Source of the DNA: the human T2T-CHM13v2.0 reference genome, Homo sapiens
Assembly (NCBI RefSeq): GCF_009914755.1
Contig: NC_060930.1
DNA: 64,000 nt
Reading direction: 5' to 3' (one strand)
Shown: one piece after another, positions 63,532 through 64,000 of the stretch
Layout: each line of letters begins with the position of its first letter
Numbering within the stretch: the stretch's first letter is position 1
Position numbers and translations under genes: made by a program
The notes under the pieces: generated by a model
Databases searched by the model: none
Told to the model about the DNA's origin: nothing
The model's input: only the letters and a program-made list of their open reading frames with translations

Positions 63532-63571
63532 CTATGGCAGGCTGGTGATCTGAGGTAGAAAAGCAAGTTTC

Positions 63572-63865
63572 TTTTTTTTTTTTTGAGATGGAGTTTTGCC
63601 CTTGTTGCCCAGGCTGGAGTGCAATGCGTGATCTTAGCTCACTGCAACCTCTGCCTCCCGGGTTCAAGCAATTCTGCTGCCTCAGCCTCCTGAGTAGCCA
63701 GGACTACAGGTGCCCACCACCATGCCCAGCTAATTTTGTATTTTTGGTAGAGATGGGGTTTCACCATGTTGCCCAGGCTGGTCTCGAACTCCTAGGCTCA
63801 AGTGATCCTCCCACCTAGGCCTCCCAAAGTGCTGGGATTACAGGTGTGAGCCACTGTGCCTGGCC
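63572..63865 (-). mobile_element. Alu
   Basis: Antisense dimer. Confidence 0.9.
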
Positions 63866-64000
63866 AGGGTGAGTTTTTTCACCCAGTAATTTTTGTTCCC
63901 TTTTATTGGCCTGAACTTGTCTGAATCCCCTACCCTCCTCCATACATACATACTAGCTACTAGAAGGTATAAAAGAGTAGGAAATAAATGTCTTAAATCT

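Overview
Human genomic DNA containing the 5' half of EZR (ezrin/VIL2) on the minus strand; the human-specific AluYb8 supports the species call. Non-coding exon 1 (~42761-42860), exon 2 with the ATG (41526-41610) and coding exons 3-7 splice to 698 nt encoding ezrin residues 1-232, most of the FERM domain. The rest of the gene lies left of the window. Intron 4 uses a non-canonical GC donor. A CpG island (~41500-43200) holds a distal YY1/ETS/GC-box promoter and a proximal Sp1/AP-1 promoter. A three-exon plus-strand antisense lncRNA (EZR-AS1) can be assembled from splice signals; it overlaps the EZR start codon and ends in a MER2-type DNA transposon. The remainder is intron or intergenic sequence with about 50 Alus, a young truncated L1, and older L1, L2, MIR, MER and LTR relics. 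I found no convincing new multi-gene system. The most interesting unexplained features are local: a perfect 22-bp template-switch hairpin in an Alu, a 67-nt CpG-retaining hairpin in intron 3, a young L1 without a target-site duplication (TSD), a dispersed 65-bp duplication, a cryptic repeat and GC-skew switch in intron 1, and a 3x23-bp VNTR candidate. Repeat boundaries and subfamilies were called by eye and are approximate.
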